Origin: a virus
Length of the DNA: 64,000 bases
Direction: 5' to 3' (one strand)
IMG/VR virus record: IMGVR_UViG_3300028590_000011
Location: 1-64,000 of that record
In this document: one piece after another, positions 17,121 to 25,406 of the stretch
How positions within the stretch are numbered: position 1 is the stretch's first letter
How the letters are laid out: each line of letters begins with the position of its first letter
Made by a program: the position numbers and the translations under genes
Notes under the pieces: model-generated
What the model was told of the DNA's origin: nothing
Databases searched by the model: none
Seen by the model: only the letters and a program-made list of their open reading frames with translations

Positions 17121-17608
17121 ACAACAACGAGCTGATCGAAGAGGCCAAGAAGGTTGGCTTCACCTACCACGGCAAGACGCCCAACGGGCACTTGCTGTTC
17201 CTCAACGACGAGGGCAAGAGGGTCACCGCCGCTGGAACCGCGTCGGACTGGCGTTCGCACTTGAACGCTATCGCCGCCATGGAGCGGATCTCCGGCATCA
17301 AGAGGATGAAGCCCAACCACGGGAAGCCCCGGAAGAAGGGCGACACCTCAGGGTTCCTGAACACCATCAGGACAGAATCCGCTGAGCACTGGAGCGAGAA
17401 GGTCGGGTCCATCGTGGACGAGTACAAGACCCTCGCTCTGGAGTTCCGGATCATCTCGTCGGCCGAAGCAGATCGGACCGACTTGAACCGAGCGATGGAG
17501 ATCATCCGTCGCATGGCTCGTCTGGAGGACGTGCTGACCGAGTTGCGTCAGCCCATCCCGCAGACGGACCTCCCCGCCAACATCAACCACATGAAGAAGA
17601 AGGTGTGA
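17117..17608 (+). CDS. HicA-like domain protein with C-terminal helical extension
   Basis: LIEEAKKVGF....TPNGHL.F.....VT..GT.SD.R...N pattern of phage HicA-like proteins. Confidence 0.6.
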   Translation: MNNNELIEEAKKVGFTYHGKTPNGHLLFLNDEGKRVTAAGTASDWRSHLNAIAAMERISGIKRMKPNHGKPRKKGDTSGFLNTIRTESAEHWSEKVGSIVDEYKTLALEFRIISSAEADRTDLNRAMEIIRRMARLEDVLTELRQPIPQTDLPANINHMKKKV

Positions 17609-17609
17609 C

Positions 17610-17870
17610 GTGATCACCGAAGAGGACAAGGGCACGACCGTCGCAGTGAAGTTCTGCGACGCCACGATCCACGAGGAGACGTACGACCCCACCGCCTGGG
17701 GGAACATCTCGGCGGTCGAGGCGTACAACAAGTACGTGAAGCAGGCGAACGACAACCACACGGTCTTCGCCAAGATCCCGCACATCCTCAACGTCGAGAT
17801 GAGCGGCAAGGAGCAGTCCTGCTCCGAGCGCTTCACCTGCACCTGCTCCCGGCAGGCGGTGCCCGCATGA
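17610..17870 (+). CDS. Hypothetical protein
   Basis: ORF in tandem array. Confidence 0.6.
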   Translation: MITEEDKGTTVAVKFCDATIHEETYDPTAWGNISAVEAYNKYVKQANDNHTVFAKIPHILNVEMSGKEQSCSERFTCTCSRQAVPA

Positions 17871-18169
17871 GCACCGTCACGGAGGAGCTGTACGTCCCCG
17901 AGGACATCGACAAGACCGCGCCGTTCACCATCGCCACCTCGTACTGCACGGGTCGGACCACAGTGGACTACCGGACCACTGCTCGCTCGGCGGTGGTCCA
18001 CTACACGCACAAGATCACCTCAGGCGTGCGCTGCGAGGACCAGAACATCGCCGGTGACGTTCCCGTTCACATCCGGCTGGTGTCCTACATCAGCCGCTAC
18101 AAGGACGGCGAGATCCGGCAGCACATCGACTCTGGACCACTGATCTGCCCCTGCACGAGCGCCGAGTGA
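17867..18169 (+). CDS. Hypothetical protein
   Basis: ATGA overlap. Confidence 0.6.
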   Translation: MSTVTEELYVPEDIDKTAPFTIATSYCTGRTTVDYRTTARSAVVHYTHKITSGVRCEDQNIAGDVPVHIRLVSYISRYKDGEIRQHIDSGPLICPCTSAE

Positions 18170-18271
18170 CCGCTCTCGTCCTCATCATCTCGTTCGCCGT
18201 CATGGTTGTAGCGCTCACCTATGGGTGGCTACGCAGCCGTGGCGGCGAACAGTCGTCTACAGGAGAAGAAC

Positions 18272-18400
18272 ATGGGTGATATCGGAGACAACCCGCGCGA
18301 GATCGAGCTCGTGCCGGTGCCGGAGACCTCTCCGCTTCCGGAGCCGATCAAGCTTCCGGAGCCCGTCAAGGAGCCTGAGCCGGAACCGGTGGCTGCCTGA
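18272..18400 (+). CDS. 42-aa Pro/Glu-rich peptide
   Basis: AGGAGA SD; MGDIGDNPREIELVPVPE...; TGATG coupling to the next gene. Confidence 0.6.
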   Translation: MGDIGDNPREIELVPVPETSPLPEPIKLPEPVKEPEPEPVAA

Positions 18401-19170
18401 TGACCGGAGAGACCTTCAACAACTACCAAGTTGACCGCCCCGTCCATCTGGGAACGATCAGGGGCTACCGAGCTTGGGGTGTTGACGACCTCGGTCGTCT
18501 GACTCCAGCCACACGCGCCGACTACATCTGGAGTCCTGGCATCAACCGCGCGGTCTGTAAGTGCGGTAACTACGCGAGGAACGTGGCCGCGCGGCACCAC
18601 AGTTGCGGGTTCTACGCCTACTTCAGTGGCAGCAACGACTACGCGAAGACTGGCGACATCCACGGGATCATCGAGGCCTGGGGAACTACCACGGTCGGTG
18701 ACCGTGGCTTTCGCGCCGAGTACGGCAAGATCCTCGCCTTCGTGGATCCCGTGGTGGTCTACCGCGTGAAGTGGGTCCACCAGTTCGCCAAGTGGTGCCA
18801 CCGCAGGGACTACGAAGTCTTCTTCGGGCTCGGCGGGCTCCTTCTCGGGCTCGGCAGTTTGATCGGAGGCATCTTGTGCATGATCTTCGGGCCAGATTGG
18901 TCGACTCAGCTCTGCGGTGTCGGCCTGGCGCTCGGCATCTTCGGTCTGGTGCACGCGATGCACTCGGATACCTGCGAGTACGAGTCGAAGGACTATCGCA
19001 AGATCCAGCTGGTCAAGCACAACTACCCAGATGTGCAGTGGTTCCGCAACCACCGGGAGATGATCCGCGCCTTCCCAGTCGAGGAGCCATCGGTTCCTGA
19101 GGTCACGCCCGAGAACTACTCGGACTTCTGGACCACCACTGGCACGCCGAATCAGCGCAAGGACAACTGA
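18400..19170 (+). CDS. Hypothetical protein with two predicted TM helices
   Basis: GYRAW, SCGFYAY and GFRA motifs, then a hydrophobic hairpin. Confidence 0.7.
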   Translation: MTGETFNNYQVDRPVHLGTIRGYRAWGVDDLGRLTPATRADYIWSPGINRAVCKCGNYARNVAARHHSCGFYAYFSGSNDYAKTGDIHGIIEAWGTTTVGDRGFRAEYGKILAFVDPVVVYRVKWVHQFAKWCHRRDYEVFFGLGGLLLGLGSLIGGILCMIFGPDWSTQLCGVGLALGIFGLVHAMHSDTCEYESKDYRKIQLVKHNYPDVQWFRNHREMIRAFPVEEPSVPEVTPENYSDFWTTTGTPNQRKDN

Positions 19171-19191
19171 ATACCCAACCAACAACAGGAG

Positions 19192-19959
19192 ATGAGAATG
19201 GCACGAGCAACGACAAAGACCGCCAACCAGGAGCCCACTCTGGAGCAGCTCCAGGAGGAACTGGCGGCAGCGAAGCGCAAGTTGCGTGAGCAGCGGATGA
19301 CCACCGTGCAGGTGGCGCAGAAGTACGCGGCGCAGCACAACCTCTGCTCCGTGGTGGACCAGGCGCTCACCGAGGCAGGTCTGCTCGGTGGCAGTGTCAG
19401 CAAGAAGGTCTCGATGTTGATCCCGGTCGAAGTCGTCATGGGCATCGATGGCGATCTGGTCGAGAACATGACCGAGGAGGAGATCAAGCAGGCCATCGCG
19501 GAGATGGCCAAGCCCACGTCCGTCAACTGGGGTGGATCCATCGGTCCGGTCACCTCGGTGGCCAACGGACGAGTCCGTCGTACCGAGCCTGTCTCCACTT
19601 TCGGAGAAGTGCAGGTGCTCAGTGTCGAGGATCCGCCCTCTCTGACCACCGTGAGCAACGACAACGGCTGGTCGAACCCGCCCAACGGGCACGTCGCGCT
19701 GTACACGGCCCCCGAAGGGCGGAAGCTGCACTTCGTCACGGCGGTGGAGACCAGTCATCACCGCGCGGTTGCGGTCGAGATCAACGGAATGACCTTCTAC
19801 ACCGTCCGCACTCCGCTGTGTGGTGCCTCGGTGTCGTACTACGGCGCTCCGTGGGCCATTGACTCGCCGCGCAAGGTCAGCGTAGGCACGCGCGATGGCA
19901 TCTGCCAGGGCTGCCGTGACCTCGCGCAGACGCGGTACGGATGGAGGCTCGGCCGATGA
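19192..19959 (+). CDS. Hypothetical protein
   Basis: SD and phage codon bias. Confidence 0.7.
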   Translation: MRMARATTKTANQEPTLEQLQEELAAAKRKLREQRMTTVQVAQKYAAQHNLCSVVDQALTEAGLLGGSVSKKVSMLIPVEVVMGIDGDLVENMTEEEIKQAIAEMAKPTSVNWGGSIGPVTSVANGRVRRTEPVSTFGEVQVLSVEDPPSLTTVSNDNGWSNPPNGHVALYTAPEGRKLHFVTAVETSHHRAVAVEINGMTFYTVRTPLCGASVSYYGAPWAIDSPRKVSVGTRDGICQGCRDLAQTRYGWRLGR

Positions 19960-20540
19960 CCGGCACCGACGAGGCGGTCGAGACTGCCAAGCAGGCGATG
20001 GAGGACCAGCGTCCTCTGAACGCCACGCAGGGTCGCAACCTCCAGAGGATCGTGAAGAACGACTTCGAGAGGCTGAAGGCCGAACTGGAGCTCTTCCGGG
20101 TCGAGGAGAGGACTCGCCGTGAGCAGGAGATCCGGGAGAACTACCGGACCAGCAGAGAGAGCCGAACCACGCTGGAGAACGAGATCCGAGTTCTCAACCG
20201 CCAGTACCGGGCGGAAGCGGAGCGCCTCCGAGGCAGAGCGCGCGAGATGGGTCTCACGGTCAACCAGGGCCTCACAGCTCCGAGCGAAGTCGTGGTCTTC
20301 GGCGAGGAGCGCCTCAACCAGGACATCCAAGCGATGTACCGCGAGGTCAACGGAGATGTGAACACTGCTCTCCGTACCGCAGAGGCCAAGTTCTACGAGG
20401 CCGAGCGGCTCGTGCTCATGGCCACCATCACGACCCAGGCAGAGAAGATCCTGTCCGGCATCCCCACGTCTCAGCAGCTCATGGCTGAGGCATACGAGCA
20501 GCGCGCCAAGCGCAAGGAACTCACAGGAGGAACACAGTGA
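19956..20540 (+). CDS. Coiled-coil hypothetical protein
   Basis: E/R-rich helical ORF. Confidence 0.7.
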   Translation: MTGTDEAVETAKQAMEDQRPLNATQGRNLQRIVKNDFERLKAELELFRVEERTRREQEIRENYRTSRESRTTLENEIRVLNRQYRAEAERLRGRAREMGLTVNQGLTAPSEVVVFGEERLNQDIQAMYREVNGDVNTALRTAEAKFYEAERLVLMATITTQAEKILSGIPTSQQLMAEAYEQRAKRKELTGGTQ

Positions 20541-21280
20541 GCATCTCTCTGGAGAAGCGCACCGAGAACGCCGGGATCAGCCTGGTGAAGGTGATGTCCG
20601 AGGCCGCAGCACAGGGTCTGAACGTCGATGACCTCACTGCGCAGTGCGTGCTGGTCATGGACTTCTCGGGCTCGATGGACTACCGCTACCGCAGCGGTGA
20701 GGTCCAGCAGCTCGCAGAGCGGACGCTGGCGCTGTCCCTGACCGGTCTGGACGACGACGGGAACATCCAGATCCACTTCTTCCACACCAAGGTCTTCCCG
20801 GAGATCGAGGTGGACGCGTCGAACTACACCGGCGCGGTGGACGAGTTCACCCGCAAGAACACCATGGGTGGCACCGCCTACGCTCCCGCGATCCGACAAG
20901 TCATCGAGAGCGTCACCGGTGGCAAGACCAAGAAGAAGGGTCTGTTCCGAAAGGAGACCCCAGCGGCTCCGGACGGTCCGGCCATGCCGACGCTGGTCTT
21001 CTTCGTCACGGACGGCGAGCCGAACGACCGGCAGGAGACCATCCAGCTCCTGAAGGACGCTTCGGGGCTGCCGATCTTCTGGCAGTTCCTCGGCGTCGGC
21101 TACTCCCCGGAGTTCCTGAAGGAGCTCGACACCATGGGCGGACGTGTCCTCGACAACGTCGGCCTCACCGAGGTGCCCTCGACGGAGTCCATGTCCGACG
21201 AGGAGTACTACGAGACGGTCTTGAAGGAGTTCGTCTCGTCCTGGGTGCCTGCGGCTCGCGCCAAGAGCATCATCGCGTAA
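20537..21280 (+). CDS. vWA domain protein (TerF-associated type)
   Basis: MIDAS DFSGSM, GGT.YAP, VTDGEP, PIFWQFLGVG, R..DN. Confidence 0.85.
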   Translation: MSISLEKRTENAGISLVKVMSEAAAQGLNVDDLTAQCVLVMDFSGSMDYRYRSGEVQQLAERTLALSLTGLDDDGNIQIHFFHTKVFPEIEVDASNYTGAVDEFTRKNTMGGTAYAPAIRQVIESVTGGKTKKKGLFRKETPAAPDGPAMPTLVFFVTDGEPNDRQETIQLLKDASGLPIFWQFLGVGYSPEFLKELDTMGGRVLDNVGLTEVPSTESMSDEEYYETVLKEFVSSWVPAARAKSIIA

Positions 21281-21311
21281 CCCTTCCAACCAACAAGGAG
21301 AGCAACACATC

Positions 21312-21566
21312 ATGACGAACACCGCAGTGGAGCAGGGGATGCTCTGCATCATGGACAAGACCGGCGACACCCGCATCATGTGGGACCCCCGCAACGCCGA
21401 CGAGGTCGACATCGCCAAGGCCGCGTTCAAGAAGGCCAAGGACAAGGGCATGGTCGCCTACGCCGTCGACAACACCACCGGCGAGAAGGTGGACGGCGAG
21501 GTCATCCGCGAGTTCGACCCGGCGCGCGGCAAGATCATCATGGCCCCGCAGCTCGTCGGCGGATGA
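21312..21566 (+). CDS. 84-aa protein ending in LVGG (candidate ubiquitin-like modifier)
   Basis: Good SD; C-terminal KIIMAPQLVGG-stop. Confidence 0.75.
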   Translation: MTNTAVEQGMLCIMDKTGDTRIMWDPRNADEVDIAKAAFKKAKDKGMVAYAVDNTTGEKVDGEVIREFDPARGKIIMAPQLVGG

Positions 21567-21859
21567 CCGACGAGATCACTGAGGAGACCGTCCTGCGGCA
21601 CATCTGCGAAGGGTGCGGCAAGGACGAGAACCTGACTGTTGCCGAGGCCTTCGAGGCGGGGTGGGACTACCCACCCCGTCTTGGGGTCTTCGGAGTCGTC
21701 TCCCCGCGTACCTGCGGGGAGTGCGGCATCGAGAAGACGCTCTGGTGGCGAATCCAGACCGGCGAGGTTCGTCCCGACGACCTCAGCTCGGAGGAGATGG
21801 AGTTCATCCAACGGGTCGTCAACGAACCCGAGTCCATCCTCGTGAAGGAGGAGAAGTGA
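21563..21859 (+). CDS. Zn-ribbon hypothetical protein
   Basis: CEGCG...TCGECG. Confidence 0.7.
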   Translation: MTDEITEETVLRHICEGCGKDENLTVAEAFEAGWDYPPRLGVFGVVSPRTCGECGIEKTLWWRIQTGEVRPDDLSSEEMEFIQRVVNEPESILVKEEK

Positions 21860-21860
21860 G

Positions 21861-22700
21861 ATGCCACGCATCAGCCAAGAAGTCGCAGCGGAGGTCGTGG
21901 TGGACCTCACCGAGACTGAGCGCGGGATCATCCCGTCCGATGAAGTCCAGAAGGTCGTCTGGCAAGGGTGGGCTGACGTGACACCCACCTGGACCCAGTG
22001 GACCAACAGCACCACCGTCACCTACCGGATCCAGCAGGATCGGGTCTGGAACCGATGGACTGTGGACGACGCCTGGACCGTCATGAACCCGGCGATCAAC
22101 GGGACCATCACGTACAACACCGCGTTCACCACGACGCAGGACTACGTGTGGACCAATTGGAACGCCCAGAGCGACACCGTCTACACCCGGACGTACCACC
22201 AGATGGACACGGGTCGGACGGCCGAGGAGATCCAGCACCTGGCGGATCGTCGTCAGGCGCTGAACGAGGCCGAGTCGCGTCGTCGGCTCCGGTATGAGCA
22301 GGAGCGCGAGCAGGCTGCTGCTCGGGCCCAGGCCCATGACCGGGGCATGGAACTGCTGAAGATGGTCATGTCCCATGAGGAGCTGGCGCTCTTCGAGATC
22401 GCGGGCAAGATCCATGTCCGTGGTTCCGAAGGTGGTCTGTACGAGATCGACACTCAGTACGGAGGCGTGCACGGCAACGTCGTGCAGGTCGATGAACACG
22501 GGTGCCAGCTCGGACGGATCTGCGTCGCACCGCAGATGCGGCTCGACAGCGGCGTGCTGCCGCTCTCGGACGGCTACGTCGGTCAGTACCTGGCGATCAA
22601 GCACCAGGAGGCCCTGTTCCGGGCGACCGGCAACTGGTCTCAACGGCGTACCTGCCAGCAGCCGAACGTCCCGATCCTCGGGGAGCAGCGAGCGGCATGA
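21861..22700 (+). CDS. Hypothetical protein, Trp/Thr-rich N-terminus and Cys-containing C-terminal domain
   Basis: HGNV...GRICVAP...LP..D in the C-terminal domain. Confidence 0.75.
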   Translation: MPRISQEVAAEVVVDLTETERGIIPSDEVQKVVWQGWADVTPTWTQWTNSTTVTYRIQQDRVWNRWTVDDAWTVMNPAINGTITYNTAFTTTQDYVWTNWNAQSDTVYTRTYHQMDTGRTAEEIQHLADRRQALNEAESRRRLRYEQEREQAAARAQAHDRGMELLKMVMSHEELALFEIAGKIHVRGSEGGLYEIDTQYGGVHGNVVQVDEHGCQLGRICVAPQMRLDSGVLPLSDGYVGQYLAIKHQEALFRATGNWSQRRTCQQPNVPILGEQRAA

Positions 22701-22885
22701 GCTACGAGGGTGGAGCGGGGGATGGTCACATCGACATCCCCCGCTTTGCTCTTGTCCCGCGAGGTAAGCAGCGGGTCAAGGGCCGGGTCCTGTCATACGA
22801 AGGGAACGGCTACTTCACCGTTCTCATCCCAGGTGACATCAAGGTGTTCATGCACCGTGATCGTCTGATCTTCGCCAACAAGTAG
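22697..22885 (+). CDS. Hypothetical protein
   Basis: ATGA overlap. Confidence 0.55.
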   Translation: MSYEGGAGDGHIDIPRFALVPRGKQRVKGRVLSYEGNGYFTVLIPGDIKVFMHRDRLIFANK

Positions 22886-23074
22886 GAGAGAGATGCTCAA
22901 CCATCCTTTGGCTAAGCACATCTTGTGGGCGGTCGTGCTGGTCGTCCTTGCCTGCCTCGGCATCGTCGCGTTCGGTGACGAGCAGGCAGTGGAAGTAGCA
23001 AGCGGAGTGCTGGCCGGTATCGGCCTCTGCGTCGTACTGATCATCTTGATGATCCCAATGTTCTAAGGAGAGAA

Positions 23075-23428
23075 GTGAACACCGTACGAATGAATCGAAC
23101 CGAGCTGCTGGAGCAGCTTCGGGACAACCAGACCAAGCACGCGGCTGACTACCGCGAGGCGATGGTGGTCTGGAAGAAGAAGGCAGCCAAGGCTCTGGCG
23201 AAGGCTGCCAAGAAGGCGGAGAAGGGCAAGATCACCCTCAACCCCCTTCAGGACCTCCCCAAGCCCGTCCAGTTCATGGAGGAGTACGACGACGCCATCG
23301 CGCGTGTCATGGTCGACACCCGCGAGGAGTTGGAGCTGGATGACCACCAGTTCCGGCAGTGGGTCCAGGACAAGTGGGTCTGGCAGCACCAGTTCGCTGC
23401 CTCGACCTCTCTCTACAACGGGAGGTGA
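23075..23428 (+). CDS. Hypothetical protein
   Basis: AAGGAG SD. Confidence 0.7.
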   Translation: MNTVRMNRTELLEQLRDNQTKHAADYREAMVVWKKKAAKALAKAAKKAEKGKITLNPLQDLPKPVQFMEEYDDAIARVMVDTREELELDDHQFRQWVQDKWVWQHQFAASTSLYNGR

Positions 23429-23429
23429 C

Positions 23430-23684
23430 ATGAAGACGCGGATCATCGGAGCCGTCCTTCTGGGGGCGGCTCTTCTCATCGGTGGCTGCGCCAAGGTGTC
23501 GGAGCCGTACAACGACGCTGACCGAGGCAAGACCAACAACGACAAAGCGGACATCGTCACCTTCCCGGACGGGTTCTCCAACGTCGCCACCAAGTGCGAC
23601 CACGGAAACCGTGTGTACGTCATCTACAAGGGCGACTCGGCCTACGGCTCCGTCGCCGTGGTACCCAACGCGGAGGATTGCTGA
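23430..23684 (+). CDS. Putative lipoprotein
   Basis: MKTR, hydrophobic stretch, then lipobox-like LIGGC. Confidence 0.7.
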   Translation: MKTRIIGAVLLGAALLIGGCAKVSEPYNDADRGKTNNDKADIVTFPDGFSNVATKCDHGNRVYVIYKGDSAYGSVAVVPNAEDC

Positions 23685-24091
23685 TGGTGAGGAGCGCCCA
23701 CGGCACCAGGTCTGCTGACTTCGTCAAGGAGCAGGGTTGGCGGGTCGGTGACCGCATCGTCGGTGGTCCGATCATGGGCGGTCCTAACAAAGACAGGGTG
23801 GTGGAGGCTGGGTTAACCATCGTGATCACCGCCATCGGCGAGGAGATGGTGCTCACGAAGACCGTCAAGAGAGAGCCCAGCCCTTATGGCTACCGCGACC
23901 GAGAGATGCCCATGACTTTCACGGAGCGCGACTGGGAGAAGATCGAACCCTTCTCGATCGAGAAGGCGATCCAGGAACTCAACAGACACGGTCGGAACTC
24001 GTTGACCGGGCGCGCGATTGATCTGTTGACCGACGTGTTGCTGGTGCACACAACTACAGAGGAGAGGAAAGAGCCGATATGGCCGAAGTGA
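23684..24091 (+). CDS. Hypothetical protein
   Basis: TGATG overlap. Confidence 0.6.
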   Translation: MVRSAHGTRSADFVKEQGWRVGDRIVGGPIMGGPNKDRVVEAGLTIVITAIGEEMVLTKTVKREPSPYGYRDREMPMTFTERDWEKIEPFSIEKAIQELNRHGRNSLTGRAIDLLTDVLLVHTTTEERKEPIWPK

Positions 24092-24276
24092 CGGAGATGA
24101 CCGAGGAAGAGCGCCTCGCTGAGTTCGAGACGCTGTGCGTCGAGTACAAGCTCCAGAAGGATGCGTTGGTGAAGGCGTCCCTGGCCCTCTTGGAGTCCGG
24201 AGTGCCGTTCCCCACCGTGCTCCGACTGATGGCTCAGCACGGCGCTGTCGACCACGCCCCGAAGGGGATGGCATGA
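24079..24276 (+). CDS. Hypothetical protein
   Basis: ORF in array. Confidence 0.55.
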   Translation: MAEVTEMTEEERLAEFETLCVEYKLQKDALVKASLALLESGVPFPTVLRLMAQHGAVDHAPKGMA

Positions 24277-24464
24277 GTGAGAACACCGCGCTCGCCGTCT
24301 ACATGACCATGCTCATCCTCACGCTGATCGTCGCTGGCGTCAGCGCCTTCGCCTACTACAAGAGCAAGGGCGAGATGGGCGGGATCGTGTTCATCCTGGC
24401 CGCATGTGCCGCTATCGCGCTGGGTTCGTATCTCATCGACGCAGCGGAAAGGGCACTCGCGTGA
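24273..24464 (+). CDS. Small 2-TM membrane protein
   Basis: Two hydrophobic segments. Confidence 0.6.
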   Translation: MSENTALAVYMTMLILTLIVAGVSAFAYYKSKGEMGGIVFILAACAAIALGSYLIDAAERALA

Positions 24465-24579
24465 TCAACGACATGTTGCAGGTTCTCTGGACCCTGCGCT
24501 TCCACATCGGCTTCGGGCTGCTGCTCGTTCTGGGTGGCTACCTGTACGCCTGCGGCTCTACCGTGAGGATGGAGGACTG

Positions 24580-25281
24580 ATGGAGGTCCCGGACGGACAC
24601 TTCAGCTTGCCGATGGCGATGATGTTGGCTCGGTCCAACGTCGTCTCTGAGGCTCATGAGATGGACGAGAGGATTCGTCCATTCCCGGAGCAGTACGCCA
24701 TGGGTCCTGGTTGCTACGGGATCGTGGCGAGTTCCAGGTCCATGGTCGAGCAGGACTTCACACTCTTGAAGCTGCTCGATCCCGAGGAGCACAAGGACGC
24801 CTTCCCGAACTGGGAGGAGCGGTTGCAACGCTCCTACGTTCTGTGCGAGTGGCTCTCCAACGACGACCCCGAGGGCGACATCGGCTGGTTCAGCCGCGTG
24901 AAGCTGGTGGAGATCACCGAGGAACAGTACGCCGAGGTGAAGACCTGGATCAGGGAAGACGCGCTCCCCGACGAGCCGCCCGACTGGTTGGACGAGGCCT
25001 ACGCGCTCTACACCGAGCGGCTCTCCAAGATGGCCCCGGACGATGTCACCGTGAACGTCCTGTGCGGTGAGTGTGGGTCGCGCAAGGTCGAGATCCACAT
25101 CTACCACGCCATCCGCAAGGCTGCCCCCGCTGGTCAAGTCGAGAAGGACGGCAAGACCGTCTTCCTCCCCATGGGTCATCGCGGCTCGTCCGACTGCGTC
25201 GCGCAGATCCACCTGCACTGTCAGGACTGCAACGCGCGACGCGACCTGGACGACGACGAGATCGGCTTCGACGCCCACTGA
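24580..25281 (+). CDS. Hypothetical protein with C-terminal Zn ribbon
   Basis: CGECG...HCQDC. Confidence 0.7.
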   Translation: MEVPDGHFSLPMAMMLARSNVVSEAHEMDERIRPFPEQYAMGPGCYGIVASSRSMVEQDFTLLKLLDPEEHKDAFPNWEERLQRSYVLCEWLSNDDPEGDIGWFSRVKLVEITEEQYAEVKTWIREDALPDEPPDWLDEAYALYTERLSKMAPDDVTVNVLCGECGSRKVEIHIYHAIRKAAPAGQVEKDGKTVFLPMGHRGSSDCVAQIHLHCQDCNARRDLDDDEIGFDAH

Positions 25282-25284
25282 GGG

Positions 25285-25313
25285 TAGATGTATAGCATGA
25301 AATGTGCTATACT
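25285..25313 (+). promoter_or_regulatory. Promoter TAGATG-N17-TATACT with extended -10
   Basis: AT-rich patch; shares downstream sequence with the 13635 promoter. Confidence 0.65.
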
Positions 25314-25351
25314 TATCACGTCCCTGCGAGAGCTATGCCTTCGCACACCAC

Positions 25352-25384
25352 AGCCCCAAGCTAACCCGGCTTGGGGCTTTCTTT
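25352..25384 (+). terminator. Terminator-like hairpin just downstream of the promoter
   Basis: AGCCCCAAGC...GCTTGGGGCT followed by TTCTTT. Confidence 0.6.
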
Positions 25385-25406
25385 ATGTCGAAAGGAAGTG
25401 ACAGAC

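Noticed and set aside
18229-19761. Long antisense ORFs (also 27173-28795, 36856-38586, 41361-43604, 59278-61602 and others)
   Set aside because: Shadow frames expected from high GC3 codon bias opposite well-supported genes; no motifs or SD
21312-21566. Pup (prokaryotic ubiquitin-like protein)
   Set aside because: Pup ends GGE/GGQ and is disordered; this protein stops at GG and looks globular
24273-24580. Holin call for the small membrane ORFs
   Set aside because: Located among early accessory genes with no adjacent endolysin
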